Below, one piece after another: positions 18,328 through 28,901 of a stretch of 64,000 nucleotides of DNA. The position numbers and the translations under genes are program-made. The DNA is taken from the IMG/VR virus record IMGVR_UViG_3300029705_000062; one strand, written 5' to 3'. The notes beneath the pieces were generated by a model. It was given only the letters and a program-made list of their open reading frames with translations, had not been told where the DNA came from and ran no database searches. Source of the stretch: a virus. Each line of letters begins with the position of its first letter. Positions within the stretch are counted from its first letter, which is position 1.

Positions 18328-19470
18328 TTAACTTGCCACATTATTATATTCTTCAATTCTTTTATTTGCTATTTCTATATACTCTTTGTTTAAATCTATT
18401 CCCACATAATTTCTACCCAGTTCTTTTGCTACAACACCAGTAGTTCCACTTCCCATAAATATATCTAAAACTATTCCATTAGGAGGACAACAAGCCAATA
18501 TTGGAGTACGAATTAATTCCATTGGATAAGGTGCAAAATGACATCCTTTAAACGGTTTTGTATTTATTGACCAAACTGCTCTTTTAATTCTTCCTTTATG
18601 TATATTTTTATTTATATCATCTGTTTCATATTCTATATATGTTAGTTGGTAATCAATTAATTTAAATTCACTACTAAAATCATCTAATAAGTGTTTTACC
18701 TTATTCCAATCTTCAACAGCAGGGTAAGAAAAACCTTTAATATCCCTTCTAAACCAATGCTCTATCGTTGTTTTCTTTATATCTTTCACTTCATCACAAA
18801 GTTTTTTTAGTGTTATTCTACTTCTAAGAAAATTAACAAATTCTTCTTGAGTTGGAAGTTTTGGTCTAACTTCAATTAACTTTGTACCCCTTGTTTTGCT
18901 CATTCCTTGTCTTACACTTTTTTCTTGATTTTCATCTAAATATTTACTGTTTTTTGATTTAGAGTTTGATTTTGAATATTCAGTTTTTGCCTTCTCATAT
19001 TGAGTTTCAAAATAATATAAATCATCTTTTGTAAAGAAAAATATCTTTTCATAATCTGTATTAAATCTTGTTTTAGCACTTGAAGGCATTGCATTTGGCT
19101 TATGCCAAATTATTTCGTTTCTGCATAACCATCCATTATCTATCATATCAAGTTTAAATCTATCAGGTATACCTATTAAAGATTGTTTTTTTACCCCAAT
19201 AGAATTATTTTTTGAATAAACATCTCCTATATTTACCCAACAACTACCTTGTTTTTTCAATACTCTTTTTACTTCTTTAAAAATTTCTGATAGTTTCAAT
19301 AAATACTCTTTGTATGTTTCTTCATTTCCTAATTGTCCTTCTACTCCATAATCTCTTAACCCCCAATATGGTGGAGATGTTATACACATATCAATACTTT
19401 CAGAAGGTATATTTTTTAAAACATCTAAAACATCACCGTTGTATATTGTATTTAAATTTAATTTGTTCAT
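18328..19470 (-). CDS. N4-cytosine/N6-adenine DNA methyltransferase (beta class)
   Basis: Catalytic SPPY (CITSPPYWG) near the N-terminus and SAM site DIFMGSGTTG near the C-terminus. About 150-aa central insertion. Confidence 0.8.
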   Translation of the reverse strand: MNKLNLNTIYNGDVLDVLKNIPSESIDMCITSPPYWGLRDYGVEGQLGNEETYKEYLLKLSEIFKEVKRVLKKQGSCWVNIGDVYSKNNSIGVKKQSLIGIPDRFKLDMIDNGWLCRNEIIWHKPNAMPSSAKTRFNTDYEKIFFFTKDDLYYFETQYEKAKTEYSKSNSKSKNSKYLDENQEKSVRQGMSKTRGTKLIEVRPKLPTQEEFVNFLRSRITLKKLCDEVKDIKKTTIEHWFRRDIKGFSYPAVEDWNKVKHLLDDFSSEFKLIDYQLTYIEYETDDINKNIHKGRIKRAVWSINTKPFKGCHFAPYPMELIRTPILACCPPNGIVLDIFMGSGTTGVVAKELGRNYVGIDLNKEYIEIANKRIEEYNNVAS

Positions 19471-19507
19471 TCTTCAAATCCCCCAACTTCTAATTAAAAA
19501 CTTTATT

Positions 19508-19819
19508 TTAATGGAAAGTTAATGCTAATATTAAAGTTAAATAATGTATAACTTGGTCTAATATTAAAGCATTTGTTTCTCCAATTATCTTAGGTGTTAT
19601 ACCTCTTGCTTTTATATAGTCAACTGGTATATGTATTAATAATATTAACCAATACCATAATTGACTTATTTCATTTCCAAATATTAATCCTATTGCAAAC
19701 GTATAAAGTATTGCATGAATACATAATATATAATTATCCTTGCCTTTATTCATAGCTAGGTAATTAGTTTGTAAAAAGTAATCCCCTAAACTATGAGCCA
19801 TTAATAATTTTAATAACAT
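19508..19819 (-). CDS. DUF3307-like integral membrane protein
   Basis: 103 aa with 3 TM segments. LAHSLGDYFLQT start is typical of that family, from memory. Confidence 0.35.
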   Translation of the reverse strand: MLLKLLMAHSLGDYFLQTNYLAMNKGKDNYILCIHAILYTFAIGLIFGNEISQLWYWLILLIHIPVDYIKARGITPKIIGETNALILDQVIHYLTLILALTFH

Positions 19820-19854
19820 ATTATTGCCTCCATTTTTTAATTAAAAGTTTTATT

Positions 19855-20034
19855 TTAACGTAAATACTTATCAATGTCTTTAAGCATATCATCGCTTGGA
19901 TTATCTATCTTTTCCAATGTTAAAATATATCTATCTCCATCATAGTCTAATATTAGCTTATTATCGCTTTTGCTAGTGTATCCAGCTTCAAATCCTTTTA
20001 TCATATTAAATATTTCATATAATTTATGTCTCAT
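19855..20034 (-). CDS. Hypothetical 59-aa protein (not in ORF track)
   Basis: ATG 20034 with SD GAGGTAA. Encodes MRHKLYEIFNMIKGFEAG...DKYLR. Fills an otherwise empty gap. Confidence 0.35.
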   Translation of the reverse strand: MRHKLYEIFNMIKGFEAGYTSKSDNKLILDYDGDRYILTLEKIDNPSDDMLKDIDKYLR

Positions 20035-20066
20035 ATTTATTACCTCAACTTCCTTTAAAATTTTAA

Positions 20067-20258
20067 TTACTCTTCTATATCTTCATCACCACATGAACAT
20101 ACATCACATTCACAAAATATACATATAAAATCATCACACGAATTGTTTGTATTTTTTATGGTATGCCCATTAAATATACAACCCCATGAACCAAATGAAG
20201 TTGTAGAGTGAATACAATCACCACATCTATCATATTTATTTTCCTTTAAATTTTTCAT
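20067..20258 (-). CDS. Cys-rich miniprotein
   Basis: 63 aa with 9 Cys (CGDC..C..C..CIFCECDVCSC). Confidence 0.4.
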   Translation of the reverse strand: MKNLKENKYDRCGDCIHSTTSFGSWGCIFNGHTIKNTNNSCDDFICIFCECDVCSCGDEDIEE

Positions 20259-20269
20259 TTTTACGGTAT

Positions 20270-20869
20270 TTATCTGTCTATATTTACAAAAAAGTTATCT
20301 TTTAAATGCTTACAACTTTCCAAATATTGTTTTCTTATTCTATAATCTATTCTGCTATCTTCTAACATAAATATAAAAGATGTTATTATATCTTTTACTT
20401 CATCTATTTCAGTAGCTTTTACTTCTACAGTTAATCCACTAGCTTTAGGTTTATTTAATAAAGTTAATAATCTTGTTATATCACTCGGTTTATGTCCATC
20501 ATATTCTGGAGCATATTCTAACTCTTTTACATTAAACATATCCCAATTATCTTTATGATAATGATATGTATATTGTCCTTCTTCTGTATCTATTCCAACT
20601 ATAAAATAATCATCATACATAGTCCCATCATCATGCTTCCATGACTTCCAAGCTTTATCTTTATAAGTATTACATATTACTGAAAACAACACCATTCTAT
20701 GATGATATAACTCTTCAAAAGTGTGGTATCCATCACTCATTTTTTGAATACTTCCTAATTTAACTATCTTATAATTTAAGTTATCAAAGTTATCTCTTAA
20801 TACTTTTGATAAATCTACTGTTGTTATATCACTATCTTTTTCATCTATTACTACTACATATTTATTCAT
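20270..20869 (-). CDS. Hypothetical protein
   Basis: 199 aa. His/Trp-rich core (HTFEELYHHR..WKSWKHDDG..YTYHYH). No family assigned. Confidence 0.45.
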   Translation of the reverse strand: MNKYVVVIDEKDSDITTVDLSKVLRDNFDNLNYKIVKLGSIQKMSDGYHTFEELYHHRMVLFSVICNTYKDKAWKSWKHDDGTMYDDYFIVGIDTEEGQYTYHYHKDNWDMFNVKELEYAPEYDGHKPSDITRLLTLLNKPKASGLTVEVKATEIDEVKDIITSFIFMLEDSRIDYRIRKQYLESCKHLKDNFFVNIDR

Positions 20870-20900
20870 AATTACCTCCTACCCTATTAAAAACTTTATT

Positions 20901-21056
20901 TTATCGGAACTCTTTCCATCTTGATATATATTTATTCCAATCTATACATTCTGCTTTATATCCACATTCACATATAACTTTAACACCTTTTAATCCTTTA
21001 GATGTTTTTCTAGGAATGTTTAATTTTAAATATGTATTACACTTAGGACAATTCAT
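20901..21056 (-). CDS. Zinc-ribbon miniprotein, paralog of 21332..21529 (not in ORF track)
   Basis: MNCPKCNTYLKLNIP...VICECGYKAECIDW shares the CPxC..L.IP....V..C.CGY pattern with the neighbouring ORF. Confidence 0.4.
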   Translation of the reverse strand: MNCPKCNTYLKLNIPRKTSKGLKGVKVICECGYKAECIDWNKYISRWKEFR

Positions 21057-21060
21057 ATTT

Positions 21061-21366
21061 TTATTCACTCCAATAAATTATTTTTATACCATATTGTTTT
21101 GCACACTCGTGTTCTATCCTACATCCTCTATAATTTTCCCAATCTCCTATACACAGTAATACATCTGCATCAGCTAATATTTCTATTGATTTAGATAAGT
21201 ATTTTAAAGGTATGCTACCAGTTTGTGGATTATAATCCTCAAAATAACTATCCAATATCTCTACATTATAATTATTAATCATTAATAAATTTATAGCTTT
21301 GTTTCTTTCTTTTAGTATCTCTTCTTTTGACCTATTTCTCATAGGTTGACTTATAAAAACTTTCAT
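21061..21366 (-). CDS. Nucleoside 2-deoxyribosyltransferase-like (DUF4406-like) protein
   Basis: MKVFISQPMRN start and C-terminal GDWENYRGCRIEHECAKQYGIKI resemble the DUF4406/NDT fold signature. Start at ATG 21366 with SD AGGAGG. Confidence 0.45.
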   Translation of the reverse strand: MKVFISQPMRNRSKEEILKERNKAINLLMINNYNVEILDSYFEDYNPQTGSIPLKYLSKSIEILADADVLLCIGDWENYRGCRIEHECAKQYGIKIIYWSE

Positions 21367-21529
21367 TTTTACCTCCTGCATATATAAATATTGAGTTTAG
21401 ATATTCTATAAAATTTACTGAATATCCACACTTACATAATATTCTAACTTTACTTAACCTTATATGACTTGCTCTAAAAGGAATTTTTAACTCTCCTTCT
21501 TCTTTGCATATTGGACATTTAAAATACAT
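21332..21529 (-). CDS. Zinc-ribbon miniprotein
   Basis: MYFKCPICKEEGELKIPF...ILCKCGYS. Its 3' end overlaps the next gene. Confidence 0.4.
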   Translation of the reverse strand: MYFKCPICKEEGELKIPFRASHIRLSKVRILCKCGYSVNFIEYLNSIFIYAGGKNESFYKSTYEK

Positions 21530-21655
21530 ATTGTCACTCCTATTATCTCTGTCTTACTATTATTAAACACATTTGCATCACCATGTATTATATGACAACT
21601 TTTAACTATCCTCATAACTTCATCCTAACATCTTAAAAGTTTTATTTCAATAGAT

Positions 21656-21823
21656 TTATTTATCATTTAACATATCTTTGTTTACATAAAGAAACTTATC
21701 CTTATCTTCAATATTTTGCATTAAAACGATAGTATATTCTCCAAATCCTTCAATATATTTATCTTGAAATTCTATAATTTTATACTTACACCAATTATGA
21801 GTTATTACATCTCCTATATTCAT
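21656..21823 (-). CDS. Hypothetical 55-aa protein (not in ORF track)
   Basis: ATG 21823 preceded by GGGAAGTGA. Encodes MNIGDVITHNWCKYKIIEF... Confidence 0.3.
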   Translation of the reverse strand: MNIGDVITHNWCKYKIIEFQDKYIEGFGEYTIVLMQNIEDKDKFLYVNKDMLNDK

Positions 21824-21827
21824 ATTA

Positions 21828-22043
21828 TCACTTCCCTTGAAATCTATTATTATGTAAATCCTTTAAAATACATCTTAATGATTTTGATACATTATTATAT
21901 TTGTCTATTTCTCCTAACATATAATCAATTTCTTCTTTTGAATATTTATCATTATATCCAATCTCTATAGACAAACTAAATATTTGATATTCATAAAAAT
22001 CCATTAGCTTCATAATGAACTTTTCTTTTAAACGTTTAATCAT
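21828..22043 (-). CDS. Hypothetical protein
   Basis: ATG 22043 follows the conserved AAAGGAAGTTGAAT junction; the ORF-track start is a TTG 6 nt upstream. Confidence 0.35.
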   Translation of the reverse strand: MIKRLKEKFIMKLMDFYEYQIFSLSIEIGYNDKYSKEEIDYMLGEIDKYNNVSKSLRCILKDLHNNRFQGK

Positions 22044-22106
22044 ATTCAACTTCCTTTAAAATTTTGATTTTAACAACACTTAATATTGATATGTAGATTA
22101 ATATAC

Positions 22107-23482
22107 CTACATAGAACGTTCTAATGTAAGGTACATTAATCCATTTGGTTGAACACCTTCAATTCTATTTAAAGAATGTATATCCCCATATGCTCTAGCT
22201 CTAAATACATCTCCATCTCTAAATCCTCTTACTAAAAGCATAGTTCCCCTACTAAACCATGACTTTTCAATTACAGTTTTCTTACCTGTATTTTCATCAA
22301 CAGTAGATAATTGTTTATTATAAAAACTAAATGCTCCTTTTGAGAACTTTATATTAATAACACCATATTTTGTAAGTAAAGATACAAAATGCTTATTAGC
22401 ATCTTTATCTATAACTGTACCTATTAGAGTATCTATTTTAAACCTTTTAAACGGTCTGCCATTTCTACTTACACCCTCTTCTGATACTATAGGAACTTCA
22501 GGTAATTCAAAATAATTTACAATGCTATAAGATTCTTCATCTACATCTTCAAGCTCATGTCTATCATTGTAATAAGATACTGTTTCCATCTCCCAGTGTT
22601 CAACATTTGATGACTTAACATACTTTATCCAATCCTCTCTAAGAGTAAGTCTATTCGCAAGTTCTAAAGCTTCTTCACTAGATAGCCAATTTAAAAATTT
22701 AACAGCTTTTTGTTTAAAATATTTTTCAAGAGATTTATCAGATACTATCATTACACCTTCCTCAGTGAACATATAATCAACATCCTCTTCAAAGTCATTT
22801 AAAAAATGTTCTTCTAAAAATGGAAGTGCAGTTACAGGACAAACTCTATGCCATTTTTTTGTTCCAATAGTTTTATATAAAAATGATTTATCTGTAACAT
22901 ACTTTCTAAAGCTATATAAAGACAATTCATACTCAAATTCTTTAGGTATTTCACCATGAGCTGAAATCTGAGGTATATTAGCTGTAGTTAATTTATTCTT
23001 TAATTTATCGCAACTTAGGATTATAAAATCTTTCATAATTTCAATTCTTTGTTTAGACTCGATTTCATCAAAACATCCTGATTTAACTAGATTTACCATT
23101 TTACCTTTTGGTATATTATCTTTGTTTTTATCATAGAAATCTTTTAATGATGTATAAGGTCTATTTGAAATTATATGGTTTGCATCCTCATGATTTATTT
23201 TACTTATTCCTTTAAATCCAAATAGTATTCTGTTTTTATCTGTATCAGGGTTAAATAATAATTCAGAATAATTTATATTAGGTAAAGATACATTAACATT
23301 ATTTTTCTTCATATCTCCTATAGCAACACTTATCTTACCATAGTCTGTTGATCCATCTTCTGACCCTGCATTTACTATTAAACATGCTGTATTCCAATAC
23401 ATACTAGGATAATTCATATATAAATTCATAGTTTGTATAGCTATTATAGTGTAACTCAAGCTATGGAGCAAACTGAATGAAT
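22107..23482 (-). CDS. dnaE: DNA polymerase III alpha-type replicative polymerase, exon 2 (C-terminal part)
   Basis: Begins with ..SFSLLHSLSYTIIAIQTMNLYMNYP, homologous to the DnaE [25 protein letters not shown] region. The splice restores GY|SFSLLHS. Confidence 0.7.
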
Positions 23483-24872
23483 CGAATACACCCCCATTTT
23501 CATGGTACTTTAACAAGTTTTATTTCAAACTTGGGTCTAGACTATATCTTATTTTGTAAATTGTATTCATCTAAATACTGCCACTTGTAACCAAAAGCAG
23601 TTTTATGCCTTCCTTTTAATGCATGTAAAATATTACTACTCCATTTTTTAGCTCCAATGAATTTTAAAGCTTCTTCTTGACTTTTAAATTCCCTTATTTT
23701 TTCACCATTTAAACTAAGTTGAACAATGGGAGTTTCCTTTTTAAATGGATTTATTACTATTTCTATATTATTTTTTTTCTTGTAAATATAATCATCATAA
23801 AGCATCCAAAAATATCCATAAGCAACCCCATCTGATTTAAGCTTTCTTATAATTCGACCGTTATTTCTATCTCCACCACCAACAGATTTATAGGCTTCTG
23901 ATTCATCTTTAAATACATTTAATAATTCTCCTTCAAAGCTTAATTGAGCAATTTTACACCCCCTAAAATTAACCTTTGAATATTCATCAAAATTAATTTC
24001 ATTACAGTGAGAGAAAATATGAGTGCCTTTCACTATCTTTTTATTTATGCATTTTGTTATTGTACTATGTGAAAAACCTGATATTTGACATGCTTCTGTG
24101 ATAGAATTTACCTGAAATACAAGTTCACCAGTAATACGATAGCAATATACTTTTTTCATTTGCCCTAAAAGGCACATCTCAACTGCATGTTCCATATTTT
24201 CTTTCATAGATACAAGTTCTAGATTATCAACTCTATTGTCCCACTTTAAACCATTTTTATGATTAATATGATGTTCATTTTTAAAACCTTCTAAGAATAC
24301 TTCTGCCACTTTTCTATGATTGTTTTTAATTCTACCACAACTTAAATATCCATTAGATTGATTTACTGTTATATTCATAATTTTATTATTTTTTCTAAAT
24401 CTACCAAAATTACTAACTTCATATTTAGCAACCTTAGTTTTTTTGTAGTATCTCCACTCTTCTTGATGCAATTCACTTTCTGTTAGCTCTAGTGTGTATG
24501 TATTTTTCATACCTTCAATTTTTTTAAGTTTCATAGTTTTATCACCTCCTTTATATTATATGTAAAATAAATATTCTCATGCAAATATACATTCTGTTTA
24601 AATACAATTTACAAAACCTTGGCACTTCCAATGGTGTTGACCTCCATTGTACTTTACTCCCTTACATCTTTAAGATGTGGTTTCATTAGTCGTTGCACCT
24701 TCCTATTAGTAATAAATAGGCTTGGCACAGGATTATCATACCTTCTATACAATAGTGGCTTCAGACATCCCCTGTTAGCAACATCTCTATTTATCATTTC
24801 CTATAAATCCTAAACCGTAGATGTTACACCTCTTTAACATGAGTTCACCAAGTTTACCCTGAGCTATTTACA
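23483..24872 (-). mobile_element. Putative group I intron carrying an HNH homing endonuclease
   Basis: Exon 1 ends ..CUGGGU. Intron nt 9-14 (GCUCAG) can form a 6-bp P1 with a U.G wobble at the splice site. The intron ends in G (23483). The 330-nt 5' arm (24535-24872) is GC-richer and non-coding. Confidence 0.6.
23542..24534 (-). CDS. HNH homing endonuclease (I-HmuI-like) with NUMOD/IENR1 repeats
   Basis: EVSNFGRFR (NUMOD4-like), HHINHKNGLKWDNRVDNLELV (H-N-H), repeated ..GYFW / FGYKWQY DNA-binding modules. Confidence 0.8.
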   Translation of the reverse strand: MKLKKIEGMKNTYTLELTESELHQEEWRYYKKTKVAKYEVSNFGRFRKNNKIMNITVNQSNGYLSCGRIKNNHRKVAEVFLEGFKNEHHINHKNGLKWDNRVDNLELVSMKENMEHAVEMCLLGQMKKVYCYRITGELVFQVNSITEACQISGFSHSTITKCINKKIVKGTHIFSHCNEINFDEYSKVNFRGCKIAQLSFEGELLNVFKDESEAYKSVGGGDRNNGRIIRKLKSDGVAYGYFWMLYDDYIYKKKNNIEIVINPFKKETPIVQLSLNGEKIREFKSQEEALKFIGAKKWSSNILHALKGRHKTAFGYKWQYLDEYNLQNKI

Positions 24873-27321
24873 ACCCAGCTTGTGGCATTATTACCATATC
24901 CCATACATAATCTATTATATTAACTCTAAAACCTTTTTCTAAGGACACCTCATAAATAAGCTTTTTAAGATTATCTACATCTCTAAATTTCTTTTTTGCT
25001 ATTACTTTCCTAGCATAATTCGCATCCCTAAGACTTAAACCTATTGCCATAAGAGTTTTCATCATGGCTTCCTGTGTACTAGCAACACCATAATCAACTA
25101 ATAAATATTCCTCTAGAAGTTGCACTTCATCTTCCAACAGTCCATACCCTAACATCTCTTCATACCACTTGGATATATCAGATTTGAATAAAGTAAACTT
25201 ATCAAGTGGAGTTAATTGTCCTTCTTGTCCCATAAGTCTCATTAAGCAGTTTGTGGCTGTAGCTTCATACAAGTTTATAGGTTTAGTTTGTTTTATAGCA
25301 GATATCCCTACTTGTGTCGAAAACTGAAATAAGTCTACTATTTCTCCACTATATGCTTTTTCCCACATAGTTTTATCTAAATATTCTATTTTATCAGGAT
25401 GAAGATATTCATCATAGTTTGCTTTTAATGAGCCTTTGTCTTCAATAACACCCTTTTCTATCAACAGTTCTAAACATGTTTGCATTTTGGCTTGAGCTTC
25501 TGTCCACAGTATATCAATTTTTAATCCGCTTTGATAGTCTGAATCTTGCATTGAAAATTGAGTTATTGGAAGACCATTTGACGTTTTCATCATAGCATTA
25601 CAACTATATATTCCATCATTGAATATATATACTGCCGAAGCATGACTTGAACGTTTATCAATAAGACCTTCAAACATAAGAGCAGTTTCTTTAAGACCTT
25701 CATACTTTGCAACTTCATTTACAAACTCAGTAATAGGTTTTCTATCCTTTTCATCATTACCATTGAAACATTCATCAAGAGTCCATAAAGCACCTCTCTC
25801 TACAGGTATCATTGATGACAGATACATACCTATGTCATTATCTATGCCAAGTCCTCTACATGCAGATTGAATAGCTGATTTACTTGAGCAAGTTCCAAAT
25901 GTAGCACAGTTATATACATTGCCAAATTCTTTTCTAAACTCTTCCATTATTTCTTCTTTTTTCAATGGATTGAAGTCGCTGTCAATATCTGGCAATTCTA
26001 TTCTATCGACCGACAAAAATCTCCACCAAGTATCAAGACCATGTTTTATAGGGTCAACACCTGTAATATCCATTAAATAATTTGATAACCAACCGACTGC
26101 CGAACCTCTTCCCACACCCACAAGAGAATGTTTCCAAGCTAGTTCTATCATACGTTGAACAAGTATAAAGTATGAACTAAGTCTTTGTCCCATACCTTCA
26201 CTTACTAGATAAAGTTGTTCTGCTTCTATATTTAATCTACTTAAATATTCATCATTCCAAAGACCTTTTTCTTCTAGTGATTGTAGGCAATATCTTATCC
26301 AATAATTATCTTCTTTATGCTCTATATTTAATAACCTATCTATATGCTCATACCCTGTATTAAAATACCATTTAACTTTATTTAAGTCAAAGTTACATTT
26401 TGGAACTTGTTGAGGTTTATATAAACTATACATTTCACACTTATCTGCAATCCCAACAGAATTTAATCTCATTTGTTCTATTTCATCATCTGTAAATGAT
26501 ATACTAAGATAAGATTTTATTTCATCATATGGCATCATGTAAGTTGTCTTATAAAAATCATCAACCTCTCTATCTCCATCCTGTGAATTTAAAAAAGCTT
26601 TATGGAATATTTTATCTTCTTTATTTAAGTAATGAACATCATTAGCAAATGTCAAAGGCACATTATAGGCTTTAGATAATTTTTTTAAAGTATTGTTATA
26701 ATACACTTGTTCATCATCATCATTAGGTTGCACTTCAAAATAAAAGTCATCTCCAAATGCACTTATACAAGAGGTTATAAAGTTGTGCATTTCAAGTTTC
26801 ACAGGAAGCTCATCTTCATTATCCTCTATAACTTTTCTCCATATATTAACTTTCTTACCTAAGTAACTTCCAAGACATGCAGTTGTTGCAATTAAATGCC
26901 CTTTGTTTTCATTTACTATATTAAAAAATTCATTAAACTCTATAGGAACTCTATCCATGTTTTTATAATTATAACTATTTTCCCAAGCTGTTGTAGAAAT
27001 CTTTCTTAAAATTTCATGTCCTTTTAAATCCTTTGCTAATAAAACAAAATGATAATACTCACCTTTATTTTCAAGGTTTGGAGTTAAATAAATTTCCTCT
27101 CCTAATATAACTTTAAATCCTTCAGGTAATTTGTTGTTTTCAATTATTTGATTTATGTGTTTTTCTGCAAAAACATGAGAACTTAAACATGCATGGTCTG
27201 TAATTGCAATTCCATTTAAGTTCATTTCTATTGCTTTATCTATGGCTTTTTCAACTTTAACAATACTGTCTTTAAGTCTTATATTAGACAAGTCAGTGTG
27301 TAAATGTGTAACCGTATACAT
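24873..27321 (-). CDS. dnaE: DNA polymerase III alpha-type polymerase, exon 1 (PHP plus palm/fingers)
   Basis: N-terminal PHP motif THLHTDLSN..ITDHA. 816 codons plus the first nt of a Tyr codon completed by exon 2. Confidence 0.75.
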
Positions 27322-27328
27322 AAACTCC

Positions 27329-27874
27329 CTACTTTCTAACCTTTACTGATTTCATTCTTTTTATTGTCCTAAACTCTGCCCTAACCTTATCATTTGTAAG
27401 TTTATTATTTTTATCAAGCTTTAGGCATGTTACCACAAGTCTATCTGCCTGTGTTTCCTCAAATGGTAGAACAACTAAGTATTCTGTTTTTATTGAAAGT
27501 GTTCTTTTTACTACATCTCCTATACAAATATTTTTCTGCATAAGCAACTTTATATAATTAATTTCTCTTGGTAATCTAGCAGTATGAAGTGTTGACACAT
27601 ATTTTTTTACGGTGTCAACATCACTTAATGTAATTTCTCTAAAAGGTTTCTTACTTCCATTATCAGTTATTGTAAATTTCTTTAAATCAAAAAGAACTTG
27701 TCTTGATCCATATGTTTTTACCTCATATTGCTTTTCAATGTTTATATATAGATTTAAAGGAGAGTTGTATACTTCTAATACCTCTCCTATTTGCAGGTTT
27801 AATAAATCCTTTTTAGTTATTCTATCAACTTTAATAATTTGTTTTTCTTTTATTTTATTTATTCTATTTACCAA
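27329..27874 (-). CDS. Hypothetical protein
   Basis: 181-aa ORF immediately downstream of dnaE exon 1. No motif recognised. Confidence 0.45.
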   Translation of the reverse strand: MVNRINKIKEKQIIKVDRITKKDLLNLQIGEVLEVYNSPLNLYINIEKQYEVKTYGSRQVLFDLKKFTITDNGSKKPFREITLSDVDTVKKYVSTLHTARLPREINYIKLLMQKNICIGDVVKRTLSIKTEYLVVLPFEETQADRLVVTCLKLDKNNKLTNDKVRAEFRTIKRMKSVKVRK

Positions 27875-27917
27875 ACAATCACCTACTCTACGATTTTATT
27901 TAAATATTAAAATAAAA

Positions 27918-28085
27918 TTATATTAATGATATTAAAGTCATTGAATTTAAAAGTAAAGTTAAAATAAATACAATAACAAAAACTTTCCATAGTTTACTTT
28001 CAAATAAATCTGATAAGAATGTAATTATAAATACACCTAATGAAATATTAAATAAAATCACTCCTACTGATAAAAATATTTCCAA
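27918..28085 (-). CDS. Hydrophobic two-TM miniprotein, TTG start (not in ORF track)
   Basis: GAAGGTG SD 6 nt before the TTG. 55 aa: (M)EIFLSVGVILFNISLGVFIITFLSDLFESKLWKVFVIVFILTLLL... Confidence 0.3.
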   Translation of the reverse strand: MEIFLSVGVILFNISLGVFIITFLSDLFESKLWKVFVIVFILTLLLNSMTLISLI

Positions 28086-28380
28086 AAAAACACCTTCTTT
28101 GTTTTATTAAATTTTTTTAATTAATATACATTATACCATAAATTGCCAATTAGTTTTAATTATATGTTTTTATTAGTTGTATTTTTTAAAAATTTAATAT
28201 AATATATGATTAAAAATAAAGGAAGGTGAAACAGATTAATAAAAAAAATGTAACAACTGTAAAAATCTGCGACAATCAGTGTATATGAAATTGGAGGATG
28301 AAAATTGTGATAAACATCTAAATAACATAATGGATAAGTTAAAAGTCATTAAAATAAAATTAAAAGAATAGGTGTAAATT

Positions 28381-28560
28381 ATGATAAATATTGAATTACT
28401 TAAAAAATGTAAGATGTGTAATAATATGTCTAAAATAGAAAAGGTATATGTTGACGATAAAACAAGTGAAGAGGAGTTTTTAATTAAAGAGTATGTATGT
28501 ACTGAATGTGGTTATGTGATTACTGATAAAGAGTATATAAATTATATATTAGTTAGATAA
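28381..28560 (+). CDS. Zinc-ribbon miniprotein (not in ORF track)
   Basis: 59 aa with CKMC ... CTECG pairs. ATG preceded by AATAGGTG. Confidence 0.35.
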   Translation: MINIELLKKCKMCNNMSKIEKVYVDDKTSEEEFLIKEYVCTECGYVITDKEYINYILVR

Positions 28561-28714
28561 ATCAATATTTATAAGAGAAAATAAAAAGGAACAATAAGTA
28601 ACCTACACATAGCAACATAGGTTACTTATTATTATGAGTTATATATAATAATAAGGGCAAATTAACAGTCTACATTTTAATTATATTAATATAATTGATT
28701 TTGTCAATGTATAT

Positions 28715-28882
28715 TTAAGAAAGATTTTCCTCATCATCCATAGGTAAATATCCTTCCCATGTAGCTCCACATTGACTACAAGTATGAACTGATACTATAC
28801 CTTCTCCATCCAACATAAAATCTTCAAATGAGTAGTCACAACCCCAAATTAAATTTCCATCTCCACAAAAAAAACAATTCAT
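28715..28882 (-). CDS. Zinc-ribbon miniprotein (not in ORF track)
   Basis: 55 aa, MNCFFCGDG...CSQCG. Strong SD AGGAGG upstream of ATG 28882. Confidence 0.4.
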   Translation of the reverse strand: MNCFFCGDGNLIWGCDYSFEDFMLDGEGIVSVHTCSQCGATWEGYLPMDDEENLS

Positions 28883-28901
28883 AAAATTACCTCCTAAAAG
28901 C

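Noticed and set aside
24619-24813. A 64-aa plus-strand ORF (and 10103..10345, 9784..10110) within the intron regions.
   Set aside because: They fall in the GC-richer intron arms on the wrong strand and have no SD. These regions are better explained as structured RNA.
23483-24872. An intein interrupting DnaE.
   Set aside because: Exon 1 runs into a stop codon two codons past the junction. The HNH ORF is in a separate frame with its own SD, and 330 nt of non-coding GC-richer sequence flank it. No Cys/Ser...His-Asn intein termini are present. A group I intron fits better.
28100-28380. Possible frameshifted zinc-ribbon gene on the plus strand (VKQINKK..KICDNQCI stop, then MKLEDENCDKHLNN..).
   Set aside because: The fragments are only 20 and 28 codons with weak initiation signals, so a pseudogene cannot be distinguished from chance in AT-rich intergenic DNA.
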